From assembly GCA_965205975.1 (NCBI GenBank), contig OZ242195.1, positions 3,862,656 to 3,926,655 of the forward strand: a stretch of 64,000 nt of DNA, given 5' to 3'. Source of the stretch: Candidatus Latescibacterota bacterium. GTDB lineage: Bacteria > Latescibacterota > UBA2968. Below are positions 9,645 to 19,643 of the stretch, one piece after another. Numbering within the stretch: position 1 is the first letter of the stretch; each line of letters starts with the position of its first letter. Made by a program: the position numbers and the translations under genes. The notes beneath the pieces were generated by a model. The model worked only from the letters and a program-made list of their open reading frames with translations, was not told the DNA's origin and searched no databases.

Positions 9645-11225
9645 ATGACCAACCAACGCTTTGTCGCACTCATCATCCTCGACGGCTGGGGATTAAACCC
9701 GCGCCGGGACCACAACGCCGTGGCCCTTGCCAGCACCCCGACAATGGACCGCATCTGGGCCAACTACGCCCACACCACCCTCAACACTTCGGGACGCGCA
9801 GTCGGACTACCCGACGGGTTAATGGGCAACTCCGAAGTCGGCCACCTCAACCTCGGTGCGGGACGCACCGTCATGCAAGCCATGACCCAGATCGACGACC
9901 GCATACGAGACGGCAGCCTGTACAAAAACGAAGCCTTAATCGCCGCCATAGACCGCATCAAAAACCACAACCGCAACCTCCACCTCATCGGCCTCGTCTC
10001 CGACGGCGGCGTACACTCATGGCCCGGACACTACGAGGGCCTCATCAAAATGGCAGCCGAGCGCGGCCTTCCCTCAAACCGCCTCTTCATCCACGCCTTC
10101 ACAGACGGACGCGACACACCGCCCCAAAGTGCAATCCACCGCATGCGCGAACTCCTCGCCATGTTCAAAACCCATGGCATTGGCCGCGTCGCATCCATAT
10201 CCGGGCGATATTACGCCATGGACCGCGACCACCGCTGGGAACGCACCCAAATAGCCTATGACCTCCTCACACAGGGCAAAGGCATCGCAGAAACCGACCC
10301 CATCACAGCCATACAAAACGCCTATAACAGGGGTGAAACCGACGAATTTATCAAACCCATCGCCATCGCCGGCAACCCCACCATAAAAGACGGAGACAGC
10401 GTCATCTTCTTCAACTTCCGCGGCGACAGACCCCGGCAACTCACCCGTGCCTTTACACTCAAAGACTTCGACGGCTTTCAACGCCATATCAGGCCCAGCG
10501 TACACTTCACCACCCTCACCCGATACGAAGCCGACGTACCCGTCACCGGCATCGCGTACCCCCCCGAAACCCTCTCGCAAAACATGCCCAACATCTGCGG
10601 ATCGGTCATCGCCCGGGCCAACAAACGACAACTACGCATCGCAGAAACAGAAAAATACGCCCACGTCACCTTCTTCTTCAACGGCCAACGGGAAACACCC
10701 TTTGACGGCGAAGAACGCATCCTCGTACCATCGCCCAAAGACGTCCCCACCTACGACCACAAACCCGAAATGAGCGCCTCTGAAATCGCAGACCGATTCA
10801 CAGAAGCCATTGCATCCAACCAATACGACGCCGCAATATGCAACTTTGCCAACCCCGACATGGTGGGCCACACCGGCATCCTCGAAGCCGCCATACAGGC
10901 CGTCACCACCGTTGACACCTGCCTGGACCGCGTCCTCAAAGCCATAGAAAACGCAAACGGCGCAGCCATCGTCACCGCTGACCACGGCAACGCCGAACAA
11001 ATGCTACATTACAACACCGGCGAACCCCACACCGCACACACCACCAACCCCGTACCCTTTGTACTCGTTGACCCCACCTACAAGGGAAAACTGCGCGACG
11101 GTGGCACCTTGCGCGACGTCGCCCCCACCCTGCTCGCCCTCCTCAACCTGCCAAAACCCGATGAAATGACTGGAAAGGATCTAAGGCAAAAGCAACCACC
11201 GATAAACACAGATGGACACAGATGA
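9645..11225 (+). CDS. gpmI: 2,3-bisphosphoglycerate-independent phosphoglycerate mutase
   Basis: LIILDGWG, GNSEVGHLNLGAGR, and the metal-binding TADHGN and GHTG motifs. The true start is M33 of the track ORF; the upstream extension is read through a repeat. The last ~10 codons (..NTDGHR) run into repeat module C. Confidence 0.92.
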   Translation: MTNQRFVALIILDGWGLNPRRDHNAVALASTPTMDRIWANYAHTTLNTSGRAVGLPDGLMGNSEVGHLNLGAGRTVMQAMTQIDDRIRDGSLYKNEALIAAIDRIKNHNRNLHLIGLVSDGGVHSWPGHYEGLIKMAAERGLPSNRLFIHAFTDGRDTPPQSAIHRMRELLAMFKTHGIGRVASISGRYYAMDRDHRWERTQIAYDLLTQGKGIAETDPITAIQNAYNRGETDEFIKPIAIAGNPTIKDGDSVIFFNFRGDRPRQLTRAFTLKDFDGFQRHIRPSVHFTTLTRYEADVPVTGIAYPPETLSQNMPNICGSVIARANKRQLRIAETEKYAHVTFFFNGQRETPFDGEERILVPSPKDVPTYDHKPEMSASEIADRFTEAIASNQYDAAICNFANPDMVGHTGILEAAIQAVTTVDTCLDRVLKAIENANGAAIVTADHGNAEQMLHYNTGEPHTAHTTNPVPFVLVDPTYKGKLRDGGTLRDVAPTLLALLNLPKPDEMTGKDLRQKQPPINTDGHR

Positions 11226-11419
11226 CAATCAAAACCAACGGCAAAAACTTCTGGATCACGGCTTTAAGCATGCCGCGATGACGGCTTTGTTTATGGAGCG
11301 GGAAAAGGATTTCCCTCCTACGGGACGGCACGACAGCACGGGGACCGTCCCCTACAACATACTGGATCTCGCCTCTTGCCTTTTATCCGTGTTTATCCGT
11401 GTTCATCGGTGGTTGCATT

Positions 11420-12844
11420 TCAACTGTATTCCTCCCAAACCGGAATCGTCCCCGCAGTTGAGCCATCTTTCACCAGAAGCTGTTCGCCATCTGTAAAACC
11501 TTCTGGACGCCCGACCAATTCCCCAATAAGACGAGACCGCCACATCGCGACCTCATCTGCCCACCCCGGATCATCCGCCAGATTACTCATCTCGCAGGGA
11601 TCATTTTCCACATCGAAAAACAGCTCTCGCCCCTGTCCTGGCAAATAAGCGAACTTGCGCTTGCCATCCGTCACATATTGCATCCCGCTATTCGACGTAG
11701 GCACACTCGCGCACTCGCCGTGAACATAATCTCGCCACGCCGCTTGTGAATCGCGAATAATCGGCAACACACTCTCCCCATCCACCGTATCCGGAACCGG
11801 AACGCCCACCGCATCGAGCAACGTCGGCATAATATCCATCAACTCTACCGGACGATCAATCACCTGCTCCTGCGGCAACCTCAAACTATCGGGAAACTTC
11901 ATCAACAACGGAACCCGCGCAGACGGCTCAAAAGGATTGCGCTTTCGCAACCACTGATGATCCCCCAACATCTCCCCGTGATCAGAAGCAAACACCACAA
12001 TCGTATTGTCCGGCAACACGCGACCACTAACCAGACGTGCGATCTGGTGATCGATATGCTCGACACACCCGTAATAACCCGCCCGCGTCGCCTTCATAAC
12101 TGGCGGATCCAAACACAACCGCCAGCACTCCGGCTGCAACCCCCGCACAGGACCGTCAAAAACCCGCGCCCAATCCCCCACATAAGGCTCTGGCAAATCC
12201 ATCGCCATATACTTATCAAAATAATGTGCGGGCGGCGTAACCGGCTGGTGCGGATGGATAAAATTGACCGCCAAAAACCACGGCTGATCCCCCCTTTGCG
12301 AATCGATAAACTCCAGCCCCTTCTGCGTACACCAGTTGGTAAAATGCAAATGCTCATCCAAATGCCACGGACGCCCTGGAAAACCATTGCTATACATCCC
12401 GTGCGCATCGGAAGCGCGGTGCCACGCCGCACCATTCTCGCGCACATATTTCTGATAATCATTATCAGCCCCTGAAATCGGACTATCCGCCCATTCCGCA
12501 GAATCAAACCCCAGTTCCCTCGCAGGCGGACCCCAGTGCGCCTTGCCGGACAGATGGGTGCGATACCCCGCATCGCGCAAAACCCCGGGCAAAGTCGGCC
12601 ACGGCAGCGGTGCTTTGGCATTTTGAAGCGCACCGTGATTGCTCGGCTTGCGCCCCGTAATCACCGTACGGCGAGCCGGCACACACACCGGACAAGCCGA
12701 ATAAGCGTGGCGAAAACGCACTCCCGACGCAGCCATAAAATCCAGATTCGGCGTCTGCAACACGGGATGGCCCTCAATACCCAGACAATCGCCGCGCTGC
12801 TGATCCGTCATAATAAGTAAAATATTTGGTCTCTTATCTGGCAT
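11420..12844 (-). CDS. sulfatase (Cys-type arylsulfatase family)
   Basis: PNILLIMTDQQRGD, CPVCVPARRT (the C-x-P-x-R formylglycine motif) and GKAHW. The ATG is at M19 of the track ORF. Confidence 0.88.
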   Translation of the reverse strand: MPDKRPNILLIMTDQQRGDCLGIEGHPVLQTPNLDFMAASGVRFRHAYSACPVCVPARRTVITGRKPSNHGALQNAKAPLPWPTLPGVLRDAGYRTHLSGKAHWGPPARELGFDSAEWADSPISGADNDYQKYVRENGAAWHRASDAHGMYSNGFPGRPWHLDEHLHFTNWCTQKGLEFIDSQRGDQPWFLAVNFIHPHQPVTPPAHYFDKYMAMDLPEPYVGDWARVFDGPVRGLQPECWRLCLDPPVMKATRAGYYGCVEHIDHQIARLVSGRVLPDNTIVVFASDHGEMLGDHQWLRKRNPFEPSARVPLLMKFPDSLRLPQEQVIDRPVELMDIMPTLLDAVGVPVPDTVDGESVLPIIRDSQAAWRDYVHGECASVPTSNSGMQYVTDGKRKFAYLPGQGRELFFDVENDPCEMSNLADDPGWADEVAMWRSRLIGELVGRPEGFTDGEQLLVKDGSTAGTIPVWEEYS

Positions 12845-13562
12845 TATAATCTCCTTTTTGAAAATGATGCATACAAATCGCGGCGGCAGCAGACACATTC
12901 AGAGACCCGATAGCACCGCGAGGGACAATGCGACATATTTCATCGCACTTATCGCGCGTCAGGCGTCGCATCCCGCTCTCCTCATTCCCCAGCACCAGAA
13001 GCCAGGAGCGATCCGCCGAAAACGCACCCAAATCCTTCTCCGCATGCTCAGAAGTCCCCAAAACCCACAAACCCGCATCCTTCGCCACATCCAACGCCCG
13101 GCTCAAATTGGTCTGAACAGAAAACGGAACATACTCGACACCCCCCGAAGCAACATCGTACGCCGCGCCGCTCATCGGAGCGGAACGATCTCGGGTAAGC
13201 AAAACACCGCGCACCCCAAAAAAAGCCGCCGTGCGAAAAACCGCCCCCAGATTTTGCGGATCCTGAACCGTATCCAGCGCCAAAAAAAGACCCGCATTAT
13301 CGGCAAACAGCTCCGCGAGATCACAACCCGGATGTTCTTTAACCGCAGCTTCTGCGTCTCCTCCGCGAGATCGATCCTGCCGCACAGCCCCCTGTTCGCT
13401 CCTCCCGAAAAACACGCGCACACCGACCTCCTCTGCCCGTTCCCGCACAGTACTCCACACGCTACCGCCCTGTTTGGCAGGCAATCGAATCTCGAAAATA
13501 TCCTGCGGACGCTTTTCTATCACCGCCAGAATACTGTGCGGATTTTTGAGATAAATCGGCAT
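12834..13562 (-). CDS. TrmH/SpoU-family RNA 2'-O-methyltransferase (RlmB-like)
   Basis: SpoU motifs LVLGNEESG (LGNExxG) and IPxxGxxxSLNVSAAAAI. The internal ATG (M64) gives 242 aa. It overlaps the sulfatase start by 11 nt. Confidence 0.75.
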   Translation of the reverse strand: MPIYLKNPHSILAVIEKRPQDIFEIRLPAKQGGSVWSTVRERAEEVGVRVFFGRSEQGAVRQDRSRGGDAEAAVKEHPGCDLAELFADNAGLFLALDTVQDPQNLGAVFRTAAFFGVRGVLLTRDRSAPMSGAAYDVASGGVEYVPFSVQTNLSRALDVAKDAGLWVLGTSEHAEKDLGAFSADRSWLLVLGNEESGMRRLTRDKCDEICRIVPRGAIGSLNVSAAAAICMHHFQKGDYNAR

Positions 13563-13569
13563 ACGATCT

Positions 13570-14055
13570 CTATTTGCTCTCAAACCTATCGACTCTCGGC
13601 ACGCGCTTCTCCAACTCAATCTGTGACGTGACGGACTTTGTTCCAGCGCCGTAAAAATAAACCAGATGCCCACCCGTATATCCCGCCGCGCACACCAGAC
13701 CCGCGGTAACAAGACCGAAAACGAGATACACATAGCGAACAAACCCGACAAATTTCTTTTTTAAAACAAAATGCGTGCGCACCAGCGCCAGAGCAAAAGC
13801 GAGGAACGTCGTAACCGTACCCAGCGTATCGTGATCCTCTAAATCTGCGGCAATACCATCGATATACTGCGCAACCTCGGCCGCACTATCCCCGGTAAGC
13901 ACGACTGGAATCGCGGTCAAAGCACCAAGCGAAAAAAGCAAATACCCCGCTCGCACAAAAAAGTCGCGATGACGTAATACCCCAACAGCATCGCAAACAA
14001 CGCCGATGATCAGCAATACAATGGGAAAATGTGCAACAAGAGGATGAATATCCAT
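13570..14055 (-). CDS. DUF2231-like integral membrane protein
   Basis: 161 aa with 4 predicted TM helices. The family assignment is tentative. Confidence 0.45.
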   Translation of the reverse strand: MDIHPLVAHFPIVLLIIGVVCDAVGVLRHRDFFVRAGYLLFSLGALTAIPVVLTGDSAAEVAQYIDGIAADLEDHDTLGTVTTFLAFALALVRTHFVLKKKFVGFVRYVYLVFGLVTAGLVCAAGYTGGHLVYFYGAGTKSVTSQIELEKRVPRVDRFESK

Positions 14056-14151
14056 AACAAAATAAAAAAACTATTTCAATCTCGCGAAAAATCCATTACA
14101 ATGGGCGGGTTAAAATACAAACAAACAAGACCTGCGACAAGGAAGGATTGC

Positions 14152-15483
14152 ATGAACGACCGACCAAACATCTTATTTATGCACTCGCACAACACCGGAA
14201 CCTATATCGAACCCTATGGACACGCTGTACCAACGCCACACCTGCAGCAACTGGCAGAACAAGGCGTCTTATTTCGTCGGGCGTATGCCACAGCCCCCAC
14301 CTGTTCGCCCAGCAGAGCCAGCTTCTTAACCGGCATGTACCCCCACTCCTGCGGCATGACAGGCCTTGCACACCGCGGCTTTGCCATGTCCAATTACGAC
14401 TGGCATGCAGCCCGCATCTTCAAGACACATGGCTACTTCACCGCAACCGCTGGCGTAGAGCATACTGCACCGGACCTGGATACAATTGGATACGACGAAA
14501 TCCTCTCCGGACTGGACACAAATTACCCCGGACAGCCCAAATGGATTGAACCCGCGGATGCCGTCGTAGATTTTTTGCAAAACGCCCCCCAACAACCCTT
14601 CTTCTTAAATTTGGGATTAAACGAAACGCACCGGCCATTTCACAGTGCCAACCCGGACAAACACCCCGCAGAACGCGAACAATACTGCATTCCCCCCCGT
14701 CCCCTGCCCGACACACCGGAAACCCGCGCCGACACAGCCGACTACAAAGCCTCTGCGCGCATCATGGACAACCACTACGGCAACGTACTCACAGCACTCG
14801 AAGAAACCGGCCTATCCGACAACACCCTCGTATTCTGCTTTGCCGACCACGGCCTGCAATTTCCGCGCAACATGTGCAACCTGACAGACCACGGCATTGG
14901 CGTGTACCTCATCATACGCGGACCGGGCGGATTTGAAGGCGGAAAAGTCATAAACGCGATGGTCAGCTTAATGGACCTGTTGCCCACCGCATATCGCGCT
15001 GCCGGCATAGAAATCCCCGCCCACGTACAGGGAAAATTCCTGCACCCTCTGATAAACGAAGACAGCCACCGGGAAGAAATCTTTTCAGAAGTCACCTATC
15101 ACGCCGCGTATGAACCCATGCGCAGCATCCGCACAGAGCGATACAAATATATTCGGCGATACGACAACCGCGACAAACTCGTATTGCCCAACGTCGATGA
15201 CACCCCCACAAAAGCCTTCTTACTCAATCAAAACTGGGAAAATTTGCCACGCGATCAGGAAATGTTGTACGACCTCATATTTGACCCCGATGAAACTCAC
15301 AACATCATCGACCGGGAAGACATGGCACCTGTGCGGAAAAACCTGAGCCATCGAATGCACGCATGGATGGCAGAAACAAATGACCCCCTCTTGCCAGACG
15401 GACACATCGCCGCACCGGGCGGTTCGCAGGTCAACAACTCCGATGGTCGCTCGCCGAATGAGGCGCCGGAGGTCGTGGCGTAG
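14152..15483 (+). CDS. sulfatase (Cys-type)
   Basis: PNILFMHSHNTG, CSPSRASFLTG (C-x-P-x-R), FADHG. The ATG is at M42 of the track ORF. Confidence 0.88.
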   Translation: MNDRPNILFMHSHNTGTYIEPYGHAVPTPHLQQLAEQGVLFRRAYATAPTCSPSRASFLTGMYPHSCGMTGLAHRGFAMSNYDWHAARIFKTHGYFTATAGVEHTAPDLDTIGYDEILSGLDTNYPGQPKWIEPADAVVDFLQNAPQQPFFLNLGLNETHRPFHSANPDKHPAEREQYCIPPRPLPDTPETRADTADYKASARIMDNHYGNVLTALEETGLSDNTLVFCFADHGLQFPRNMCNLTDHGIGVYLIIRGPGGFEGGKVINAMVSLMDLLPTAYRAAGIEIPAHVQGKFLHPLINEDSHREEIFSEVTYHAAYEPMRSIRTERYKYIRRYDNRDKLVLPNVDDTPTKAFLLNQNWENLPRDQEMLYDLIFDPDETHNIIDREDMAPVRKNLSHRMHAWMAETNDPLLPDGHIAAPGGSQVNNSDGRSPNEAPEVVA

Positions 15484-15513
15484 GCTGGATACTTTTTAAA
15501 AAGGAGACACCCC

Positions 15514-16611
15514 ATGAAAATGCAAGCATCGCTACTCTATGAACCGGGCAGGCCATTGGAAGTGGCGGACCTGGACCTGGAAGGACCAAAAGAAGACGAA
15601 GTCATGGTACGCATGATCGCCACCGGCGTATGTCACAGTTGTTTACACGTCGTAGATGGCAGCTGGACCGGATTTCCAATGCCAATGGTACTCGGCGATG
15701 AAGGGGCTGGAATAGTAGAAGAAATAGGACCCGGCGTTCGACATATAAAACCCGGCGACCACGTCATCCTATCCTGGGCATCCACATGCGGGCGCTGTCA
15801 CTACTGCGTAACCGGACTATCGCACCTGTGTGAACGCACTCCGCCGGGCAAAGGGGTATTAATGGACGGCACATCCAGAATGAAAATAAAAGGCCAAACC
15901 GTGTACCATTACGGACCCGCGTGCAGCTACGCCTCATACTCCGTCATGCCCGCCTCCTGTGCCGTCCCCATCCGGGAAGACATGCCCCTCGAAGTAGCCG
16001 CATTAATCGGCTGTTCGGTCATGACCGGCGTAGGCTCCGTCATCAACACCGCCGCCGTAACGCCCGGAGCCAGCATAGCCGTATTCGGCACCGGGGGAAT
16101 TGGCCTGAACGTCATACAGGGCGGAACCCTCGTACAGGCACACCCGATAATCGCAGTCGATATCAACCCCGCCAAACTGGAATACGCAAAATCCTTTGGC
16201 GCAACACACACCATCGACGCCAGCAAAGAAAATCCGGTCGAAGCCATAAAAGACCTCACCGGACGCGGGGCGGATTATTCATTTGTAGCAGTCGGCAACG
16301 CGCAAGTCATCAATCAAGCGTGGGACTGTCTGGCATCCAGGGGCCAGTGTCTGCTCATCGGCCTGCCCCCAACCGGCTCCACCGTGACATTTGACACCGA
16401 CAACCTCCAATCCAACGAACGCATCCTGCGCGGCTGCAAATACGGAAGCGCGAGAACCTGGGACGACTTCCCGCGCATGGTAGAACTCTATCTGGCTGGC
16501 AAACTAAAAATCGACGAACTCGTAACCCGGCGATTTGATCTCGAAGGCGCCAACGAAGCATTTGACGCCCTGGCCGCTGGAGAAGTCGCCCGGGGATTGA
16601 TCGTCTTCTAA
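15514..16611 (+). CDS. zinc-dependent alcohol dehydrogenase (MDR superfamily)
   Basis: GVCHSCLHVVDG (Zn ligands), GDHV, the structural-Zn CGRCHYC motif, and the Rossmann GTGGIG. Confidence 0.9.
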   Translation: MKMQASLLYEPGRPLEVADLDLEGPKEDEVMVRMIATGVCHSCLHVVDGSWTGFPMPMVLGDEGAGIVEEIGPGVRHIKPGDHVILSWASTCGRCHYCVTGLSHLCERTPPGKGVLMDGTSRMKIKGQTVYHYGPACSYASYSVMPASCAVPIREDMPLEVAALIGCSVMTGVGSVINTAAVTPGASIAVFGTGGIGLNVIQGGTLVQAHPIIAVDINPAKLEYAKSFGATHTIDASKENPVEAIKDLTGRGADYSFVAVGNAQVINQAWDCLASRGQCLLIGLPPTGSTVTFDTDNLQSNERILRGCKYGSARTWDDFPRMVELYLAGKLKIDELVTRRFDLEGANEAFDALAAGEVARGLIVF

Positions 16612-17034
16612 TTAAAGACTATCTACAGGACTGGAGGCAGGAAAAATAGTAGTAATAGCGTGCTGCGTAAGCGAATCTGAAAACGAAACCCGGGGAGAAT
16701 CGGTCCGGCTCGTATCCATAACAGCAGCCGGCGATTCGGGAGACCGTGTCGCCGCGGGATCGGGCTGCGACTTGCGGATACCCAAAACCGCAAACAGAAC
16801 AATCCCCATCGCGAAAGCCATCTGATAAACGGGCAAGCGCACCGGGAACCTGAAAAAACGCAATACATTGAACCCACCGCGTTCGCGCGCAGACATCTGG
16901 GCAACAACAGAATTGCGAATCGCCGGATCCGGTTCAAGACCCCCGGACCTGGGAACTGCAAGCACCTGGCTCAACATCCCATCTACATCTTTTTTATTAT
17001 TAAACTCAATAGGAATAACCCGCTTCATATCCAT
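16612..17034 (-). CDS. putative anti-sigma factor (single-pass membrane protein)
   Basis: 141 aa starting from the ATG that overlaps the sigma-factor stop. TM segment AFAMGIVLFAVLGI. Its position immediately downstream of an ECF sigma gene is the main argument. Confidence 0.45.
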   Translation of the reverse strand: MDMKRVIPIEFNNKKDVDGMLSQVLAVPRSGGLEPDPAIRNSVVAQMSARERGGFNVLRFFRFPVRLPVYQMAFAMGIVLFAVLGIRKSQPDPAATRSPESPAAVMDTSRTDSPRVSFSDSLTQHAITTIFPASSPVDSL

Positions 17035-17038
17035 CTCC

Positions 17039-17626
17039 TCATCCACACAGGGAATTTCGCCCCTGAAGTTTCTCTGCCAGCCTCTGCGTAACATGGTGAA
17101 GCCTCGACTTAACCGTACCCTCGGGACACCCGAGAATCTGGCTAATCTCTCGAATACTGCGACACTCTTGATGCCGCAACAAAAACGTCGTACGCTGATC
17201 CACACTGAGCTTATCCAGCTCATCCATCATCGCGCGCAGAAAAGCCCGTTCATCGCACGCCTTTTCTATCGCATGATCACCGTCAACCCACCCACAATGC
17301 ATATCGATATCGGGATCATTAACCACAATCTTGCGCACACTCTGCTTGCGATACTCGTTCTTGCACATATTGTGTGCAACCGTATAAAGCCAGGACGTAA
17401 AGGCATTACCCCGCTTAAAACGGGTGGACTTCTCGACAATTTTCAAAAACAAATCCTGCAGAAAATCCTGCGCCTTCTCCTCGTCCCCCCCCAGCATGCG
17501 ATGAAAATAGTAAAGCATCCGCTTGCTATATCGGGCATAGAGTTCGTCAAATGCGGCCGTATCGCCCCGCTGAATGCGGGACATGAGCTTTTCATCGGAA
17601 AGCGTGTGATATTTTCTCGGGAACAT
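17039..17626 (-). CDS. RNA polymerase sigma-70 factor, ECF subfamily
   Basis: Region 2 (FDELYARYSKRMLYYFHRMLG ... FTSWLYTVAHNMCKN) and region 4 (DQRTTFLLRHQECRSIREISQILGCPEGTVKSRLH). Confidence 0.88.
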   Translation of the reverse strand: MFPRKYHTLSDEKLMSRIQRGDTAAFDELYARYSKRMLYYFHRMLGGDEEKAQDFLQDLFLKIVEKSTRFKRGNAFTSWLYTVAHNMCKNEYRKQSVRKIVVNDPDIDMHCGWVDGDHAIEKACDERAFLRAMMDELDKLSVDQRTTFLLRHQECRSIREISQILGCPEGTVKSRLHHVTQRLAEKLQGRNSLCG

Positions 17627-17685
17627 AAAAATCCAGACGGTGCGTGATTTATAGCGCCTTTCTACCTATTGCATACCCCTGACAT

Positions 17686-17708
17686 TGCCAAAAAGTTCAA
17701 ACTTTTTT
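17686..17708 (-). promoter_or_regulatory. conserved promoter/operator motif TGCCAAAA(A/G)GTTCAAACTTTTT upstream of the ECF sigma operon
   Basis: A near-identical 23-mer recurs at 18438-18460. It contains the imperfect palindrome AAAAGTT-CA-AACTTTT. On the coding (minus) strand it reads TTGAAC-N17-TAnnnT. Confidence 0.4.
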
Positions 17709-18178
17709 TACTGCGTAACATCGGCTTCTACGACAAACTCGACCTTACAGTTCACAATATGAAATAACGCGAGCATTTGCCGAATGGATTTTCGATAATT
17801 GGTCTGATCGAGAAGGCGGTAGTATTGCGCGGGCGATGTACCGAGCCGACGAATAATCTCACGGGTGCTCAGCGGCGACCTCTCGACCGCCTCCCGAACC
17901 CGGCATGTCAACTCATAGAGCAACAAATCCGCCATATAACCGGGATCGCGATTGTATTCGAGCACATGATCGATATGAACCGTCCCCTCATCCCCGGAAG
18001 CGAGCACATAGACAAACCCCTCATTGTCCAACTCCGGATCCACATAAACGTTGACAACCCAGCGCCCTTTGCGCGGTATTGGTCGCACAACCGCATAGGG
18101 AAACACATAGGTATTATTGTACGTATAAACCTCAAAAGCCTTCTTCCGATTATTCGGCACAACTTTTCGAATTTTCAA
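17708..18178 (-). CDS. DUF2442-like protein with a C-terminal HTH extension
   Basis: N-terminus MKIRKVVP... resembles DUF2442. The C-terminal TREIIRRLGTSPAQYYRLLDQ looks like an HTH. Its start overlaps the upstream DUF4160 gene by 4 nt. Confidence 0.5.
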   Translation of the reverse strand: MKIRKVVPNNRKKAFEVYTYNNTYVFPYAVVRPIPRKGRWVVNVYVDPELDNEGFVYVLASGDEGTVHIDHVLEYNRDPGYMADLLLYELTCRVREAVERSPLSTREIIRRLGTSPAQYYRLLDQTNYRKSIRQMLALFHIVNCKVEFVVEADVTQ

Positions 18179-18369
18179 AGCGCACCCCTATCTTGCAATT
18201 CTCGTATATATTTTAAAATTTGACCCGTCGGCTTTCCCTTCATCGCCCTATTATTTTCCAAATCCCATTTAACGACCAGCTTACCCGACTGATAGACGTG
18301 AACGTGTCTTGGGGGATGGTCGCCAGCCCAAAACACAAAAATGAAATTTCCTCGCCGAATTCTACCCAT
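18175..18369 (-). CDS. DUF4160-family protein
   Basis: FWAGDHPPRHVHVYQSGKLVVKWDL matches the DUF4160 xDHxPPHxH signature. I take the internal ATG at M16. DUF4160 and DUF2442 genes are typically paired. Confidence 0.6.
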   Translation of the reverse strand: MGRIRRGNFIFVFWAGDHPPRHVHVYQSGKLVVKWDLENNRAMKGKPTGQILKYIRELQDRGAL

Positions 18370-18437
18370 TCTTAAATGTAACCATATACGGTTACATTTG
18401 TCAAGAGCGGGCAAAAAAAATTTGATTTATCCTATTG

Positions 18438-18460
18438 TGCCAAAAGGTTCAAACTTTTTC
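18438..18460 (-). promoter_or_regulatory. second copy of the TGCCAAAAGGTTCAAACTTTTT motif, upstream of the DUF4160-DUF2442/HTH operon
   Basis: 22 of 23 positions match the copy at 17686-17708. In minus orientation it reads TTGAAC-N17-TAAATC. Confidence 0.4.
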
Positions 18461-18530
18461 TATTTTTTATTTATATTGAGAGGGTGTATAATTTGATTTA
18501 TACAACCCCCTCAATTAAATCGGAGACACA

Positions 18531-19640
18531 ATGGACCGAGTAAAACGTCGCGACTTCATAAAAAAAGCTGGCCTTGCCGGCGGCGCTGCACTATTGGCGG
18601 GCTGTGCATCCCCACAAGAAACTGGGGCACCCGCTGTACAAACGCGCAAAAAATACGAATGGAAAATGGTCACAACCTGGTCGCCGCACTTCCCCATCCT
18701 GGGAGAATCCGCTGAACACATCGCCAAATGGACAGAAGAAATGTCCGAAGGCCAGCTCAAAATACAGGTCTATGGCGGCGGCGAACTCATCCCCCCCCTC
18801 GAAGGCTTTGACGCCGTAAGCGCGGGAACCGCGGAAATGTGTCACGGCGCCGCGTATTACTGGGCTGGAAAAGCGCAGGCAACCCAATTCTTCGCCTCTG
18901 TACCCTTTGGCATGAACGCCCAACAAATGAACGCCTGGATCACCAGTGGCGGAGGCCTCGCCTTATGGGAAGAACTCTACGCCCCATTTAACCTCATCCC
19001 CATCCCCGCAGGCAACACCGGCGTACAAATGGGTGGCTGGTTCAACCGAGAAATCAACGCCGTAAGCGACCTTCAGGGCCTCAAAATGCGCATCCCGGGC
19101 CTCGGCGGCAAAGTCATCTCCAAAGCTGGCGGCGCCGCAATATTATCAGCAGGAACAGAAATCTTCACCAACCTCGAACGCGGCGTCATCGACGCAACCG
19201 AATGGATCGGACCCTATCACGACTCACTCATGGGCTTTTACAAAGCCGCCAAATACTATTATTATCCCGGCTGGCACGAACCCGGCACCGTCATAGAACT
19301 CATCGTCAACAAATCCGCCTACGAAACCCTGCCCAAAAACCTGCAAGACATCGTGCGAACCGCTGCAGCCCGCGCAAATGCCTGGACACTATCGGAATTT
19401 GAAGCAAAAAACAACGCGCATCTGCAAACCCTCATAAAAGACCACAACGTCATACTAAAAAAATTCCCCGACGAAGTCCTCAGCACACTTCAAAAATACG
19501 CCGGAGAAGTCATAGATGAACTCGTCGCAGCCGATGCCATGAGCAAAAAAGTATATGAATCATTTGAAGCATTTCGCAAAAAAATGCACGGCTGGGCGGC
19601 GATATCGGAGAAAATCTATTACGAGAACTTGAGTGCATGA
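18531..19640 (+). CDS. dctP: TRAP transporter substrate-binding protein (DctP family) with a Tat/lipoprotein-type signal
   Basis: RRDFIKKAGLAGGAALLAGCAS signal and DctP-family residues throughout. 369 aa. Confidence 0.9.
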   Translation: MDRVKRRDFIKKAGLAGGAALLAGCASPQETGAPAVQTRKKYEWKMVTTWSPHFPILGESAEHIAKWTEEMSEGQLKIQVYGGGELIPPLEGFDAVSAGTAEMCHGAAYYWAGKAQATQFFASVPFGMNAQQMNAWITSGGGLALWEELYAPFNLIPIPAGNTGVQMGGWFNREINAVSDLQGLKMRIPGLGGKVISKAGGAAILSAGTEIFTNLERGVIDATEWIGPYHDSLMGFYKAAKYYYYPGWHEPGTVIELIVNKSAYETLPKNLQDIVRTAAARANAWTLSEFEAKNNAHLQTLIKDHNVILKKFPDEVLSTLQKYAGEVIDELVAADAMSKKVYESFEAFRKKMHGWAAISEKIYYENLSA

Positions 19641-19643
19641 CCG

